From a virus (taxonomy: Duplodnaviria; Caudoviricetes): 25,305 nt of DNA. Below are positions 9,376 through 18,221 of the stretch, piece by piece. The DNA lies in IMG/VR virus record IMGVR_UViG_3300017747_002433, positions 1-25,305 of that record. The stretch is one strand, 5' to 3'. Below the pieces are notes generated by a model. That model made no database searches and was not told the origin of the DNA. It saw only the letters and a program-made list of their open reading frames with translations. Position 1 is the first letter of the stretch. Each line of letters starts with the position of its first letter. Both the position numbers and the translations under genes were made by a program.

Positions 9376-11018
9376 TCACCTTTACTCCCTGCAATATCTG
9401 CTTTTGAATAATTATAATATAAACTCAAAATATTTTCATTCTTAAATGCATTTTTATGTACTTCAGAAATATATTCCTCAGAAGCATCCCCTGAGAAAAA
9501 TAAATTAACACTTTGTCCTTGATCTACATAATTCTGCCTACCAGCAGCTAGTCGTACTATAGCATTCATATCCATTTCAAATGCAGTTTTAAATACTAAT
9601 TTCTCTTCTGCTGTCAACCAATCAACATGCTGACAACTACCGAAGGCATCTTCAATCTCCCGAATATGCTGTTTATCATATACACCTTTTTCTTTCATAA
9701 GTTCTAGAAACACCGGGGTGATTCTTTCCACTTCACCTCCTGCTGTGTTTTGTGTAAACACCATAGCTGGATCAGGATTAATTCCTTCAGAAACACCTCC
9801 CATGATTAATGAGGTGGATTTTGTTGGTGCTATTGCTATAACATGGGTATTTCTTGCTGATTCACACCAATCAGGAATACCAAAACAAGATCCCAACTCT
9901 TCTGAAGCTGCTTTAGCTTCATTAAAAATTAATTCAGCAATTTCGTTTGATGTCCATCGGGCTTCTAAACTTTCAAAAGGAATGCGTTTACTTTGTAAAT
10001 ACGTGTGTAGTCCACATTGCCCTAAGCCCAATGCCCTACCCTTCTCTGTAAATGCTACAGCCTTTTCTAAACCTGAGATTTTTTTAGCTTTCTGTATAAA
10101 ATCTTCTGCTACACAATCTAGGAATAATGTTGCCCAGAATACAGCATCAGTGTCTTTCCATTCATCATACTTAGCTACATTCATTGAAGATAATACGCAC
10201 GTGAAAGTATACTTATTTGAAGAATGCAACATAATTTCAGTGCATAAATTAGATGCTTTAATCTCAGGATAACCTTCTGGTTTATGTCTATTTGCTTTGT
10301 CAACAAAAAAGAAATACCCTTTCCCTGTAATCATTTTTATCTTTAATGCTTTTTTATATCGCCGTAAAGATTCAACATCATTATTGTCTAATGCCTGTAT
10401 AAATTTATCAGATATTATCCAACCCACATTCAAATCGTCTGGATGGTGGTGCAATAAATCAGCAAGCTCATCAAAATCAATATGGTCAATAGGTAAATAT
10501 CCAGCCCACGCTCCGCGCCTAGTTGCCCCTTGAGAAACTTCCTGCATGTCCCGAACAAATCCTTTATATACAGGTAGCACACCACTAGCCTTTCCACCAA
10601 TAGATATATCACTACCTCTTCCCCTTATCTCACCTAAGTACCCAGAAGTTCCAAAACCATATTTAGTTAATATGGCTGTTTCCCTCCTAGCTGTATAGAA
10701 TCCATCAATGCTATCTGGAATATATCCACCAGAACAACTAACAGGAAGCCCCCTAGTAGTGCCCATATTAGCTAGTATTGGTGTACTAGGACTAAGCCAA
10801 CCTTTCCATAATAAATCAAAAAAAGCAACACTAGCAAAAGGAAATTCATGAGTAATATACTTTGCTGCTGTTTCAGCAATGATTTTATATTGTTCTTTTA
10901 CTGTAGGTTGATGTAAATACTTCTCAACAAATAGTTGATACCCCTGTGTAGTCATCCATTCAGGCACATTACCTAGTGATTGTTGCTGTTTTCGCTCTTC
11001 AGAATACTTATTTACCAT
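9357..11018 (-). CDS. nrdA: Ribonucleotide reductase class I alpha subunit (short, no ATP cone)
   Basis: SPSTPILAN, PVSC, SNLCTEI (radical Cys), IAPTKSTS, VDQGQSVNLF, LYY and C-terminal CQSC. Start placed at ATG 11018 behind GAGGAG. Confidence 0.95.
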   Translation of the reverse strand: MVNKYSEERKQQQSLGNVPEWMTTQGYQLFVEKYLHQPTVKEQYKIIAETAAKYITHEFPFASVAFFDLLWKGWLSPSTPILANMGTTRGLPVSCSGGYIPDSIDGFYTARRETAILTKYGFGTSGYLGEIRGRGSDISIGGKASGVLPVYKGFVRDMQEVSQGATRRGAWAGYLPIDHIDFDELADLLHHHPDDLNVGWIISDKFIQALDNNDVESLRRYKKALKIKMITGKGYFFFVDKANRHKPEGYPEIKASNLCTEIMLHSSNKYTFTCVLSSMNVAKYDEWKDTDAVFWATLFLDCVAEDFIQKAKKISGLEKAVAFTEKGRALGLGQCGLHTYLQSKRIPFESLEARWTSNEIAELIFNEAKAASEELGSCFGIPDWCESARNTHVIAIAPTKSTSLIMGGVSEGINPDPAMVFTQNTAGGEVERITPVFLELMKEKGVYDKQHIREIEDAFGSCQHVDWLTAEEKLVFKTAFEMDMNAIVRLAAGRQNYVDQGQSVNLFFSGDASEEYISEVHKNAFKNENILSLYYNYSKADIAGSKGECQSCQ

Positions 11019-11983
11019 GTAAATTTCTCCTCGTTCCAATTTCTAACATACTCACGCCCTGCCCCCGAGAAAAAATCATTCATTTGATAATTATTAATTC
11101 CCTTATAAAACCATTCACCTATAAAATCAGTACCAGGATGCTCTATCCAAGGAGAAAACCCCAAATTAACTAGGCAAGTATTTATACGACTCACAACAAA
11201 TAAATGCATTTGGGTAGCATTAATACCCTCTATATCACCCTTTTCAAACAACATATTGATAATAGCTGATTCATGGTCATATATATCAGTCACCACCCCA
11301 ATTATACGTTTTTCAAGTAGTTCCTTCTCCCATGGAGTTATTTTGCGTTCCTTACACAATTCCCTAAAGCACCAGGCGCTTGCCAGGGAATGCATGTTCT
11401 CATCTCTCACTGAGAAATTAATGCCACGCACCACATTCACAAGCTTATTCTTTCCCATACTCTGAAAATGCTTTAAGTATGCAAAATTAGAATATAGGAT
11501 TACACCTTCCACTAAAGAAAAACCAGCTAAGCTAACCAGGTCATCGTCGCAATTAATGATGGCGTCAATATACTCCATTCGGCGTTTAAGAACAGGAGAT
11601 TGTACATAACTTGTGTAGAAATTATCATCATGTGAATTTAATAAAATGTTAATCTTATTATAAAAAGGAGCATGAACAGTTAATTCAAACATACCAAATA
11701 CAGAAGCCATGCTAGTAAACTCATGCCGAGGAAACATCTTCATGAATCTACCTGTCCAGTAATCCTCACCCGCTTTCATTTCATAATGAGTGAATAATTT
11801 TAATGTTGTGTAAATACCATGTCTTTCAGCATCAGTGCAATTTGTAAGTATATCATGAACATCCTTTTCCAGATTGATTTCGTCCGCAGTCCATAATACT
11901 TTTAACTGATTGTCCCTGAATTTTACAGGTGTATCGTATAGCGTTATATAGCTCTCTGTTGGTGTTTGGATTCTTGTTTTCAT
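11012..11983 (-). CDS. nrdB: Ribonucleotide reductase class I beta subunit
   Basis: Ferritin-like ligand motifs HYE, FELTVHAPFY, EGVILYSNF and RDENMH; C-terminal DFF...EY. Confidence 0.95.
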   Translation of the reverse strand: MKTRIQTPTESYITLYDTPVKFRDNQLKVLWTADEINLEKDVHDILTNCTDAERHGIYTTLKLFTHYEMKAGEDYWTGRFMKMFPRHEFTSMASVFGMFELTVHAPFYNKINILLNSHDDNFYTSYVQSPVLKRRMEYIDAIINCDDDLVSLAGFSLVEGVILYSNFAYLKHFQSMGKNKLVNVVRGINFSVRDENMHSLASAWCFRELCKERKITPWEKELLEKRIIGVVTDIYDHESAIINMLFEKGDIEGINATQMHLFVVSRINTCLVNLGFSPWIEHPGTDFIGEWFYKGINNYQMNDFFSGAGREYVRNWNEEKFTW

Positions 11984-11988
11984 TTTGA

Positions 11989-12381
11989 CTAAACCATATT
12001 AGCTTTCTGCGTTGCCACAATTTTTGAGATGCGTTCATAATTTTCGTCCGTAGATTTTACAAAAGCACCCTGGAACATAACACCTTGTCTATCCTTAATT
12101 TCTTCCCATGCTTTGTCTAAACACGTACCAAAATCAGTGTTTGCCATTTCACAGAGATTAATTAATACTACTAATCCATCTCCTACAGCATCTTCAAATT
12201 CGTTCTTATCCCCTTTTAAAATTGCATCAGCGAGTTCCCCAAATTCACTAATTGCTTTAGCATATTGAGCTAATAAACTACTACCATGAATAATATTCCG
12301 TTCATGTGCCCATTTCTTAACTCTATTAATCTTTATCTCTAAGCACTTGTCTTTATCTAATGTTATATAATTATCTATCAT
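11989..12381 (-). CDS. mazG: MazG-like nucleotide pyrophosphohydrolase
   Basis: WAHERNI...QYAKAISEFGELADAI...EDAVGD...CLDKAWEEIKDRQG. Confidence 0.85.
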   Translation of the reverse strand: MIDNYITLDKDKCLEIKINRVKKWAHERNIIHGSSLLAQYAKAISEFGELADAILKGDKNEFEDAVGDGLVVLINLCEMANTDFGTCLDKAWEEIKDRQGVMFQGAFVKSTDENYERISKIVATQKANMV

Positions 12382-12397
12382 GATCTAATCCCATTAT

Positions 12398-13105
12398 TTA
12401 ATTTATAGGGTTATACTTAAACAACTTTTCCACTGAATTATGTGTAGCCTTAATTCTTTGACTCGCAAAATTTGTTTTTATCTCCCCTTGCCATACGCAA
12501 ATGAAATCGTCAGGTGCTTCATATTCTGAAATAAACACCACGTTATTTTTACTCATATCTCTACACCATTCCCAAAATTTATCATGGTTGAAAGCCCCTG
12601 TTTTATAGGGGGTAGTTCCTTTGTAGGGGGGATCACAATAAATCAAACAATTTTCAAATTCTGAATATTCCTCATAGCTTCCGTTGATAAATTTAACACC
12701 TTTTAAGTTTGGGCTTTGCTTTTGTGCATTATGTTTACCTTCAATACACACCAATCTTCCCTTTCCTCTTGCATAACCATTGTCAAATTTACCACCAAAT
12801 GAAGCAACAAATCTAAGCCAGCTTTTTATTGGCTCTGGTTTACTTCCTTTTAGTTGTTTATATTCTTCTTCCGTCAAGGAGTTTGGTAATTTATCAACTA
12901 AATCTCGTATTGCAATCAAAGCTGCTATAGTGTGTGAATTGTAATCAATTCCAATTCTTTGAAAATTGTGTGGCACTTTATCTATCATATTTGCACCACC
13001 AACAAAAGGTTCTACCCAAGTAGTTATTCCTCCTTTTAATGCTTCTTCAAGCATTATTGGTAATATAAATTTGGATATTCTTCTTTTACTTCCCAAGTAT
13101 TTCAT
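12398..13105 (-). CDS. dam: DNA adenine methyltransferase (Dam/D12 class)
   Basis: MKYLGSK, WVEPFVGGAN (motif I), IYCDPPY (motif IV) and VFISEY. Target specificity unknown. Confidence 0.88.
   Translation of the reverse strand: MKYLGSKRRISKFILPIMLEEALKGGITTWVEPFVGGANMIDKVPHNFQRIGIDYNSHTIAALIAIRDLVDKLPNSLTEEEYKQLKGSKPEPIKSWLRFVASFGGKFDNGYARGKGRLVCIEGKHNAQKQSPNLKGVKFINGSYEEYSEFENCLIYCDPPYKGTTPYKTGAFNHDKFWEWCRDMSKNNVVFISEYEAPDDFICVWQGEIKTNFASQRIKATHNSVEKLFKYNPIN
12733..12764. repeat. Direct repeat copy 1 (31/32 identical to 13227-13258)
   Basis: GTTTACCTTCAATACACACCAATCTtCCCTTT; encodes KGRLVCIEGK in the methyltransferase. Confidence 0.95.
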
Positions 13106-13467
13106 TATAGAACAACATCCTCATCGACTTCTACAGATTTATGTCCCAACATTTTTAATTCCGTAGCAACTATTTCAGTAGTGTAATGAGTAACACCTTC
13201 CCGATCTTCCCATTTCCTAGTTTCAAGTTTACCTTCAATACACACCAATCTACCCTTTTTCACATATTCAGATGTAATTTCTGATAGTTTTCTGAACAAC
13301 ACTACTCGATGCCATTCAGTTTTTTCTTGTTTAACCCCATTCTTATCTTTCCAAACATCTGTAGTGGCTACAGATATATTAGTTACAGATTCCCCATTAG
13401 GCATGGTGCGTGTTTCTGGATCATTACCAACATTACCAATTATGATTGCTTTATTTAGTGTTCCCAT
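13105..13467 (-). CDS. ssb: Single-stranded DNA-binding protein, bacterial (E. coli-like) type
   Basis: LNKAIIIGNVGNDPE...NISVATTDVWKDK...EKTEWHRVV...EGKLETRKWED. Start at ATG 13467 behind AAGGAG. Confidence 0.93.
   Translation of the reverse strand: MGTLNKAIIIGNVGNDPETRTMPNGESVTNISVATTDVWKDKNGVKQEKTEWHRVVLFRKLSEITSEYVKKGRLVCIEGKLETRKWEDREGVTHYTTEIVATELKMLGHKSVEVDEDVVL
13227..13258. repeat. Direct repeat copy 2
   Basis: GTTTACCTTCAATACACACCAATCTaCCCTTT; encodes KGRLVCIEGK in SSB. Confidence 0.95.
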
Positions 13468-13783
13468 TTGATTCTCCTTTTGTATTAGAACTTTCCTTTT
13501 CTTGTTCAACACCCTGTGATAAACAAATAGATTTAAATATATTCTCAGGTATTTCTTTATTCTTATAACTGTAAAATAAATCCTTTCTGTTAGTATACAC
13601 CCATTTTGGGTGGTGTTCCATCAGCCAATCTATATCATTATCTGCTACCCATTCAGGATAATACTCAAACACTAAATGTTTACGATGTTTAAATAACAAG
13701 TCTGGTCTATTATAAACCGCCCATTCTGGATGATAATAGGCTATCACATGAATTTGGTCAAGTATGAGTTCATCTATATTCAT
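13451..13783 (-). CDS. Hypothetical protein with ~8-residue repeats
   Basis: YHPEWAVY/NRPDLLFK/HRKHLVFE/YYPEWVAD/NDIDWLME/HHPKWVYT/NRKDLFYS; GAGGA RBS. Confidence 0.75.
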   Translation of the reverse strand: MNIDELILDQIHVIAYYHPEWAVYNRPDLLFKHRKHLVFEYYPEWVADNDIDWLMEHHPKWVYTNRKDLFYSYKNKEIPENIFKSICLSQGVEQEKESSNTKGESNGNTK

Positions 13784-13787
13784 AAAC

Positions 13788-13985
13788 TCATTCCTCTTTT
13801 AGGGGGTTCATATACTCACAAGTTTCTGTTTTTCTATCTCCCAAAGCTAATGGGAAATTATCACCGCCCCACCAATCAATTGCTAATGTTCTATCATGTT
13901 CAGTAAAAGCATGTACACAATTAGAATTTATACATTCTTTCTGATAATAACGTGAACAGAAGGTGACATCTCTAAAACACATCAT
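13788..13985 (-). CDS. Hypothetical Cys-rich phage protein
   Basis: MMCFRDVTFC...C...C; start chosen at the ATGA overlap. Confidence 0.65.
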   Translation of the reverse strand: MMCFRDVTFCSRYYQKECINSNCVHAFTEHDRTLAIDWWGGDNFPLALGDRKTETCEYMNPLKEE

Positions 13986-14320
13986 AATGATTTCATCCAA
14001 AAATATTTAATTGAATTATAATACCCCCTACACAATTTATAATTATATTCAAGAGCAAAGAGATAATAGCTTTTAATTACAGAAGGATTTTTAATTTCTT
14101 TCTGCCATTCTACCTCTGACTCAAGATATTTTATCTCCCGAAGTACATTTTGTATTTCTATAGCTTTCTTTGTTGATAATAAAGCTATAATCCCCCACCT
14201 CTCTATTTTGTAGAATAAATCATATGTGAAATAATCTAAATCCTCACATATAGATTCTAATTTGTTAAACATAGGTGTCCAAGGTTCATCCCATACACCC
14301 CATTCTCTATTAAATCCCAT
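13982..14320 (-). CDS. Hypothetical protein
   Basis: ORF with GAGGA RBS before ATG 14320. Confidence 0.65.
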   Translation of the reverse strand: MGFNREWGVWDEPWTPMFNKLESICEDLDYFTYDLFYKIERWGIIALLSTKKAIEIQNVLREIKYLESEVEWQKEIKNPSVIKSYYLFALEYNYKLCRGYYNSIKYFWMKSL

Positions 14321-15017
14321 AATTTTCCTCTGCAATAATAAATTGTTTCACAATATTACTTCTTACAATATCATCCACTTTAAACTCATAGAATGATACA
14401 CCTATAACACATTTAAGTATCTGAAGGAATTTATACAAACCACTATCTTTTAAATCTGTTTGTTTAAAATCCCCACAAAATACTATCTTACTATTTTCAC
14501 CCACCCTAGTAATCACTGAATATAGTTCCTGATAATTCAAATTCTGTATCTCATCCACAATTATAACACTATTATCGAAAGTTATACCACGAACATAGCT
14601 TGTTAATGCAAATTTAATTTTCCCCTGTTCTTTTAGTCTTTCGTATGCGTCTACACGAGAAAATAAAGATGAACACATTTCAATATAGGGCAGTTCATAT
14701 ACAGCAGCCTTTTCATCTTCATCCCCTGGTAATGCACCTATATCTCTTGCTGCTACAGCACTACGAATTAATACTATCTTTTTATATTTTCTACTCTTAC
14801 CTAAAACATCTTCTAAAGCTTTATACAGGGATATGTAAGTTTTCCCAGTACCAGCAGATCCATAACAAACATGCACTAAATGTTGATGCCAATGTTTGAA
14901 AAACAGTTCTTGTGTTTTTGTCAATGGGGTTACTTCAAATAAATCATCTAAAGAAATCAAAAGCTTTTTATTCAATCTTATTCCTTGTTTCTTGAATGTA
15001 TCTGTACTACCTCCCAC
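14310..15017 (-). CDS. phoH: PhoH-like ATPase (start uncertain)
   Basis: GSAGTGKT Walker A, IGALPG, YVRGITF, IIVDEIQN, TRVGENSKIVFCGDFKQTDL and DIVRS. Confidence 0.93.
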   Translation of the reverse strand: MGGSTDTFKKQGIRLNKKLLISLDDLFEVTPLTKTQELFFKHWHQHLVHVCYGSAGTGKTYISLYKALEDVLGKSRKYKKIVLIRSAVAARDIGALPGDEDEKAAVYELPYIEMCSSLFSRVDAYERLKEQGKIKFALTSYVRGITFDNSVIIVDEIQNLNYQELYSVITRVGENSKIVFCGDFKQTDLKDSGLYKFLQILKCVIGVSFYEFKVDDIVRSNIVKQFIIAEENYGI

Positions 15018-15265
15018 ATACCATAAGGAGTATCTATTGGCCTATTTACAACTTCAATCGGTACACCTTTAAAATTTGCTACAATATCTTCATATTTCAT
15101 ATCAGGGGCAATAATCCCAAATAATGAATAGGGGTGTTCTTCTACATATTCATCACTTAATTGCAAGATTTGAGGTAAATCTGTAACTACCCATATCTTA
15201 TTTAATCTGTTATCTTTATTCTTTATTACTATCACTTTGGTTATTTTTAGATTCATAGACTCCAC
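14978..15265 (-). CDS. Hypothetical protein
   Basis: 95-aa ORF with GGAGGT RBS, packed in the operon. Confidence 0.7.
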   Translation of the reverse strand: MESMNLKITKVIVIKNKDNRLNKIWVVTDLPQILQLSDEYVEEHPYSLFGIIAPDMKYEDIVANFKGVPIEVVNRPIDTPYGMWEVVQIHSRNKE

Positions 15266-15454
15266 TTACCTCCAATCTACTTCACCACAAATCATACAAA
15301 CATACCTAGTATCATTGTGACTATGCCCATCATATTTCCAATCATGCTCACATAATTTTCTTAGTCCTTTGAGGGTTTGTTCAATATTATTGAATTCCTC
15401 TTTTAGAGAGTCCCTCTTATCTATTAAAGTGTCAAATACTTCTTTATTTATCAT
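15266..15454 (-). CDS. Hypothetical protein, coiled coil plus CxH...CxxC zinc ribbon
   Basis: LCEHDW...YVCMICGE. Confidence 0.7.
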   Translation of the reverse strand: MINKEVFDTLIDKRDSLKEEFNNIEQTLKGLRKLCEHDWKYDGHSHNDTRYVCMICGEVDWR

Positions 15455-16214
15455 GATATTTACGTTCCAGGTAGTTTAAGGATACAAAACATTCATCAAA
15501 TACCCCCTCTTTCACTTCATTTAATACTATTATACCACGCCAATGATTATTGGTTTGGGCATTCAAATAGTGTTCATCGTGCATGTAACAACTACCACAG
15601 ATAATGGCTGTTATTTGGCTACCATCTGCTTTATGTGAATATGCTACATCCCTCCCTTGTTGATGACCGACCACACAACTATTATGTTTCTTTTGTAAAA
15701 TTAAATGTGCTGCTGATATAGGTTTACCCATACTACCAGAACATAGATAGTGACAATAACAAATACCATCTATGAATACAGGGGTGAGAAATGGAAATAC
15801 CTCCCAACCCGATTCATTATATTTTAAATCTGCAATTGATATAAGCCCTTCTAATTTCCTATCAAGCTCAACAGCCCTATCTATACGGGCTTCATGGTTG
15901 CCTAACACCAATACCATTCTAGGGCTATATTGTTTTTTCTTATTGGCTACCTGTTTTACATTGTAAGATGTAATCGGTGAAAGCAACATAGACATACCAA
16001 TGTTAGCAGCTTCAATATCTGCTGTATATGTCCTACCTTCAAAGGATTTTTTACCAACATCATAGGATGATAGAGAGGGCATATCTGCAAAATCACCTAA
16101 ATGTATAATAACATCTGGCTTTTTATCTACAATGTATTGCCCTATCCAATATAAATAAGATAAATCATCTCCAGGGCGCACTTGACAATCAGGAATTATT
16201 AGATGTCTTTTCAC
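15444..16214 (-). CDS. Calcineurin-like metallophosphoesterase
   Basis: IIPDCQ, HLGDFADM, LGNHE, YCHY and VGHQQ. Start placed at GTG 16214. Confidence 0.88.
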   Translation of the reverse strand: MKRHLIIPDCQVRPGDDLSYLYWIGQYIVDKKPDVIIHLGDFADMPSLSSYDVGKKSFEGRTYTADIEAANIGMSMLLSPITSYNVKQVANKKKQYSPRMVLVLGNHEARIDRAVELDRKLEGLISIADLKYNESGWEVFPFLTPVFIDGICYCHYLCSGSMGKPISAAHLILQKKHNSCVVGHQQGRDVAYSHKADGSQITAIICGSCYMHDEHYLNAQTNNHWRGIIVLNEVKEGVFDECFVSLNYLERKYHDK

Positions 16215-16572
16215 GTGTTTTTCTTTCCTTAGCACTTTTTTTATCATGACAAACATCACAAATTGCTTGCCATCCCTTTTTAACACAATACATTCTTTCT
16301 ATGTACACATTCCAATCAATGAAGCCTGTGATTACATCTACAACAGGTTTAATGTGATCTGCCTTTATTTTACTAGAGGGTAATTCTTTCTTGCATTTGT
16401 TGCATCTTGAATGCCATGCTAATTTACCTGTAGATTTATTAATCTTCCTCTCAGTGCGAGCTTCCTTCAACACTTCATTTCTTGGGGGAAACCGCATAGT
16501 GCCGCGACGTAATAGGGAAATCACCCAACTACGCCACTTGGCATCAGTCCACTGTGGTACTGGGGACTTCAT
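16189..16572 (-). CDS. HNH-type Zn-binding endonuclease
   Basis: CNKC...ADHIKPVV...WQAICDVCHDKKS; close to the 5'-3' exonuclease gene. Confidence 0.8.
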   Translation of the reverse strand: MKSPVPQWTDAKWRSWVISLLRRGTMRFPPRNEVLKEARTERKINKSTGKLAWHSRCNKCKKELPSSKIKADHIKPVVDVITGFIDWNVYIERMYCVKKGWQAICDVCHDKKSAKERKTREKTSNNS

Positions 16573-16852
16573 ACTCTATCCAATCAGTTCTCCAACGTAC
16601 AAATTGAGATTCCATCTCAGGATTAAAGTGAGTGTTCTCATCCTGAGTAGTTGTCCAATATTCCCCATCTTCATCCTTCATGAAAGCTACTCTGTATCTC
16701 TGAATAGTAGGTTTAATTCTATATTCTAAATCTTCATGGAATGAAGGTATATCTGTACCATTCCACCCATTGGAAATTGATGAAAAATATTCAAATTTTA
16801 AATCCCTGTTCTTAGCATAAGCCATCATTAAATCCGCATGTTTATGTCTCAT
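16544..16852 (-). CDS. Hypothetical phage protein
   Basis: MRHKHADLMMAYA...PSF...EYRIKP pattern common in phages; AAGGA RBS. Confidence 0.7.
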   Translation of the reverse strand: MRHKHADLMMAYAKNRDLKFEYFSSISNGWNGTDIPSFHEDLEYRIKPTIQRYRVAFMKDEDGEYWTTTQDENTHFNPEMESQFVRWRTDWIEYEVPSTTVD

Positions 16853-17570
16853 TTGATTTCCTTTTTGTATAAGTAACATTAGGTTCACGCCATATCCATA
16901 GTAAATCCAAATTTATAGACAAACGCTGTATTGCATCTATATCCTCCTCCTCTGACGTACAATCTTCTGTATATACATCTAGCACTTTATTGTACATATC
17001 TATCTCAGTGTTAATGTGTTCTAATATTTTAAATGCCTTTTTCTTACCAATACCATAAACACCTTTAATATTATCAGAAGTGTCACCAGTTAGCACTTGA
17101 ATAAAGAAATTACGCATTCCTTGTTCTTCTGTTATTTCTTGGTGTAAAGCTTTTCTTACAATTTCACCTTTACGGATAATTGGCCATGAGTAATGATGGC
17201 CAGGTATCTGCCATAAATCCTTATCAATACCACAAATAATAGTGTCATTGGTTTGATTCATGCCGCAACCATCATCAGCTTCATACCCATCACACACTAC
17301 AGCATTCCATTCCTTAATCAAATGCTGCTTTAATTTCTTTCTATATTTAGGATCTATCTTACTATCCCTATTTGCTTTATACTCAGGATAAATAGTATTT
17401 CTAAAGTTGTTATCTCCAGATACAAACAAAGTGGCTTCAGTAGCACCAGAACTTTCAATAATTGAGTATATCATTTTATCAAGCCTAGCAATAGCATAAT
17501 TCAAACTATCATTTTCTGACACTATAGCCACTGAATATATAGGTGTGTCTGCATCAATTAATGCTTTCAT
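16842..17570 (-). CDS. 5'-3' exonuclease / RNase H (T7 gp6, PolI N-terminal family)
   Basis: ALIDAD, NFR...YKANR, GYEADD, IDKDLWQIPG and GDTSDNIKGVYGIGKKKA. Confidence 0.93.
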   Translation of the reverse strand: MKALIDADTPIYSVAIVSENDSLNYAIARLDKMIYSIIESSGATEATLFVSGDNNFRNTIYPEYKANRDSKIDPKYRKKLKQHLIKEWNAVVCDGYEADDGCGMNQTNDTIICGIDKDLWQIPGHHYSWPIIRKGEIVRKALHQEITEEQGMRNFFIQVLTGDTSDNIKGVYGIGKKKAFKILEHINTEIDMYNKVLDVYTEDCTSEEEDIDAIQRLSINLDLLWIWREPNVTYTKRKSNET

Positions 17571-17731
17571 TAAAACACCGTAGAAATACTATCTTCCCAA
17601 ACTGAAATAGTTTGGCCCTCTTCTAAAAGAATAGTGTAATATATATTACCATTTTCATCTAAACCCACTTCCATAATTTTAGCCTTAATTGAAATAGTGT
17701 CACCAAGTTGAAACTTATTCAATGTCATCAT
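17570..17731 (-). CDS. Hypothetical protein (small beta-barrel-like)
   Basis: KFQLGDTISIKAKI...YTI; GGAG RBS before ATG 17731. Confidence 0.6.
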   Translation of the reverse strand: MMTLNKFQLGDTISIKAKIMEVGLDENGNIYYTILLEEGQTISVWEDSISTVF

Positions 17732-18212
17732 TTGGAGTCTCCAAAATATTACCGTTATATATCCAAAATACCAACTCATCAGCAATCTTTGTAACTTCAT
17801 TAGTAACTACCTTTTTCACACCATTCATTTCTAGTACCTTGATTGCTGCTGTTATACTGCTCTGCCGTATAATATATAGTTGTTTGTTCTTACGTTCTTC
17901 AGATGTTTCCCAATTTCCACCACTCGTAGTAGCTGGTTTAGCTACAGCTTCAGGTTTATCCTTGCTAATAGACACCCAATTCCAATAAGCTCCATTCTTT
18001 TCTGCAATCGCTGTGAATGTATCACCAGCTTTTAACGAGGTTAGTTCTTCTTTAAATGCAGCATTATATTTAAAGGTGTTTTCATGAAATGCTTTTTCTT
18101 GCACCTTGCCATTCCCATCCTTATATACAAGCTTGCTTCCAGAGTAAGTACCACTTTGTCCCTTAATTAATACATCAATTTCCAATTCAATTACTTTACC
18201 TTTAATTTCCAT
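17715..18212 (-). CDS. Putative phage-type ssDNA-binding protein
   Basis: Beta-rich OB-like N-terminus, flexible linker, IIRQSS helix and acidic tail NDDIE; between the polymerase and exonuclease genes; AGGAG RBS. Function inferred. Confidence 0.5.
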   Translation of the reverse strand: MEIKGKVIELEIDVLIKGQSGTYSGSKLVYKDGNGKVQEKAFHENTFKYNAAFKEELTSLKAGDTFTAIAEKNGAYWNWVSISKDKPEAVAKPATTSGGNWETSEERKNKQLYIIRQSSITAAIKVLEMNGVKKVVTNEVTKIADELVFWIYNGNILETPNDDIE

Positions 18213-18221
18213 TTACTTCTC

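Noticed and set aside
12733-13258. Diversity-generating retroelement TR/VR pair
   Set aside because: Only 32 bp with one mismatch, and no reverse transcriptase in the window.
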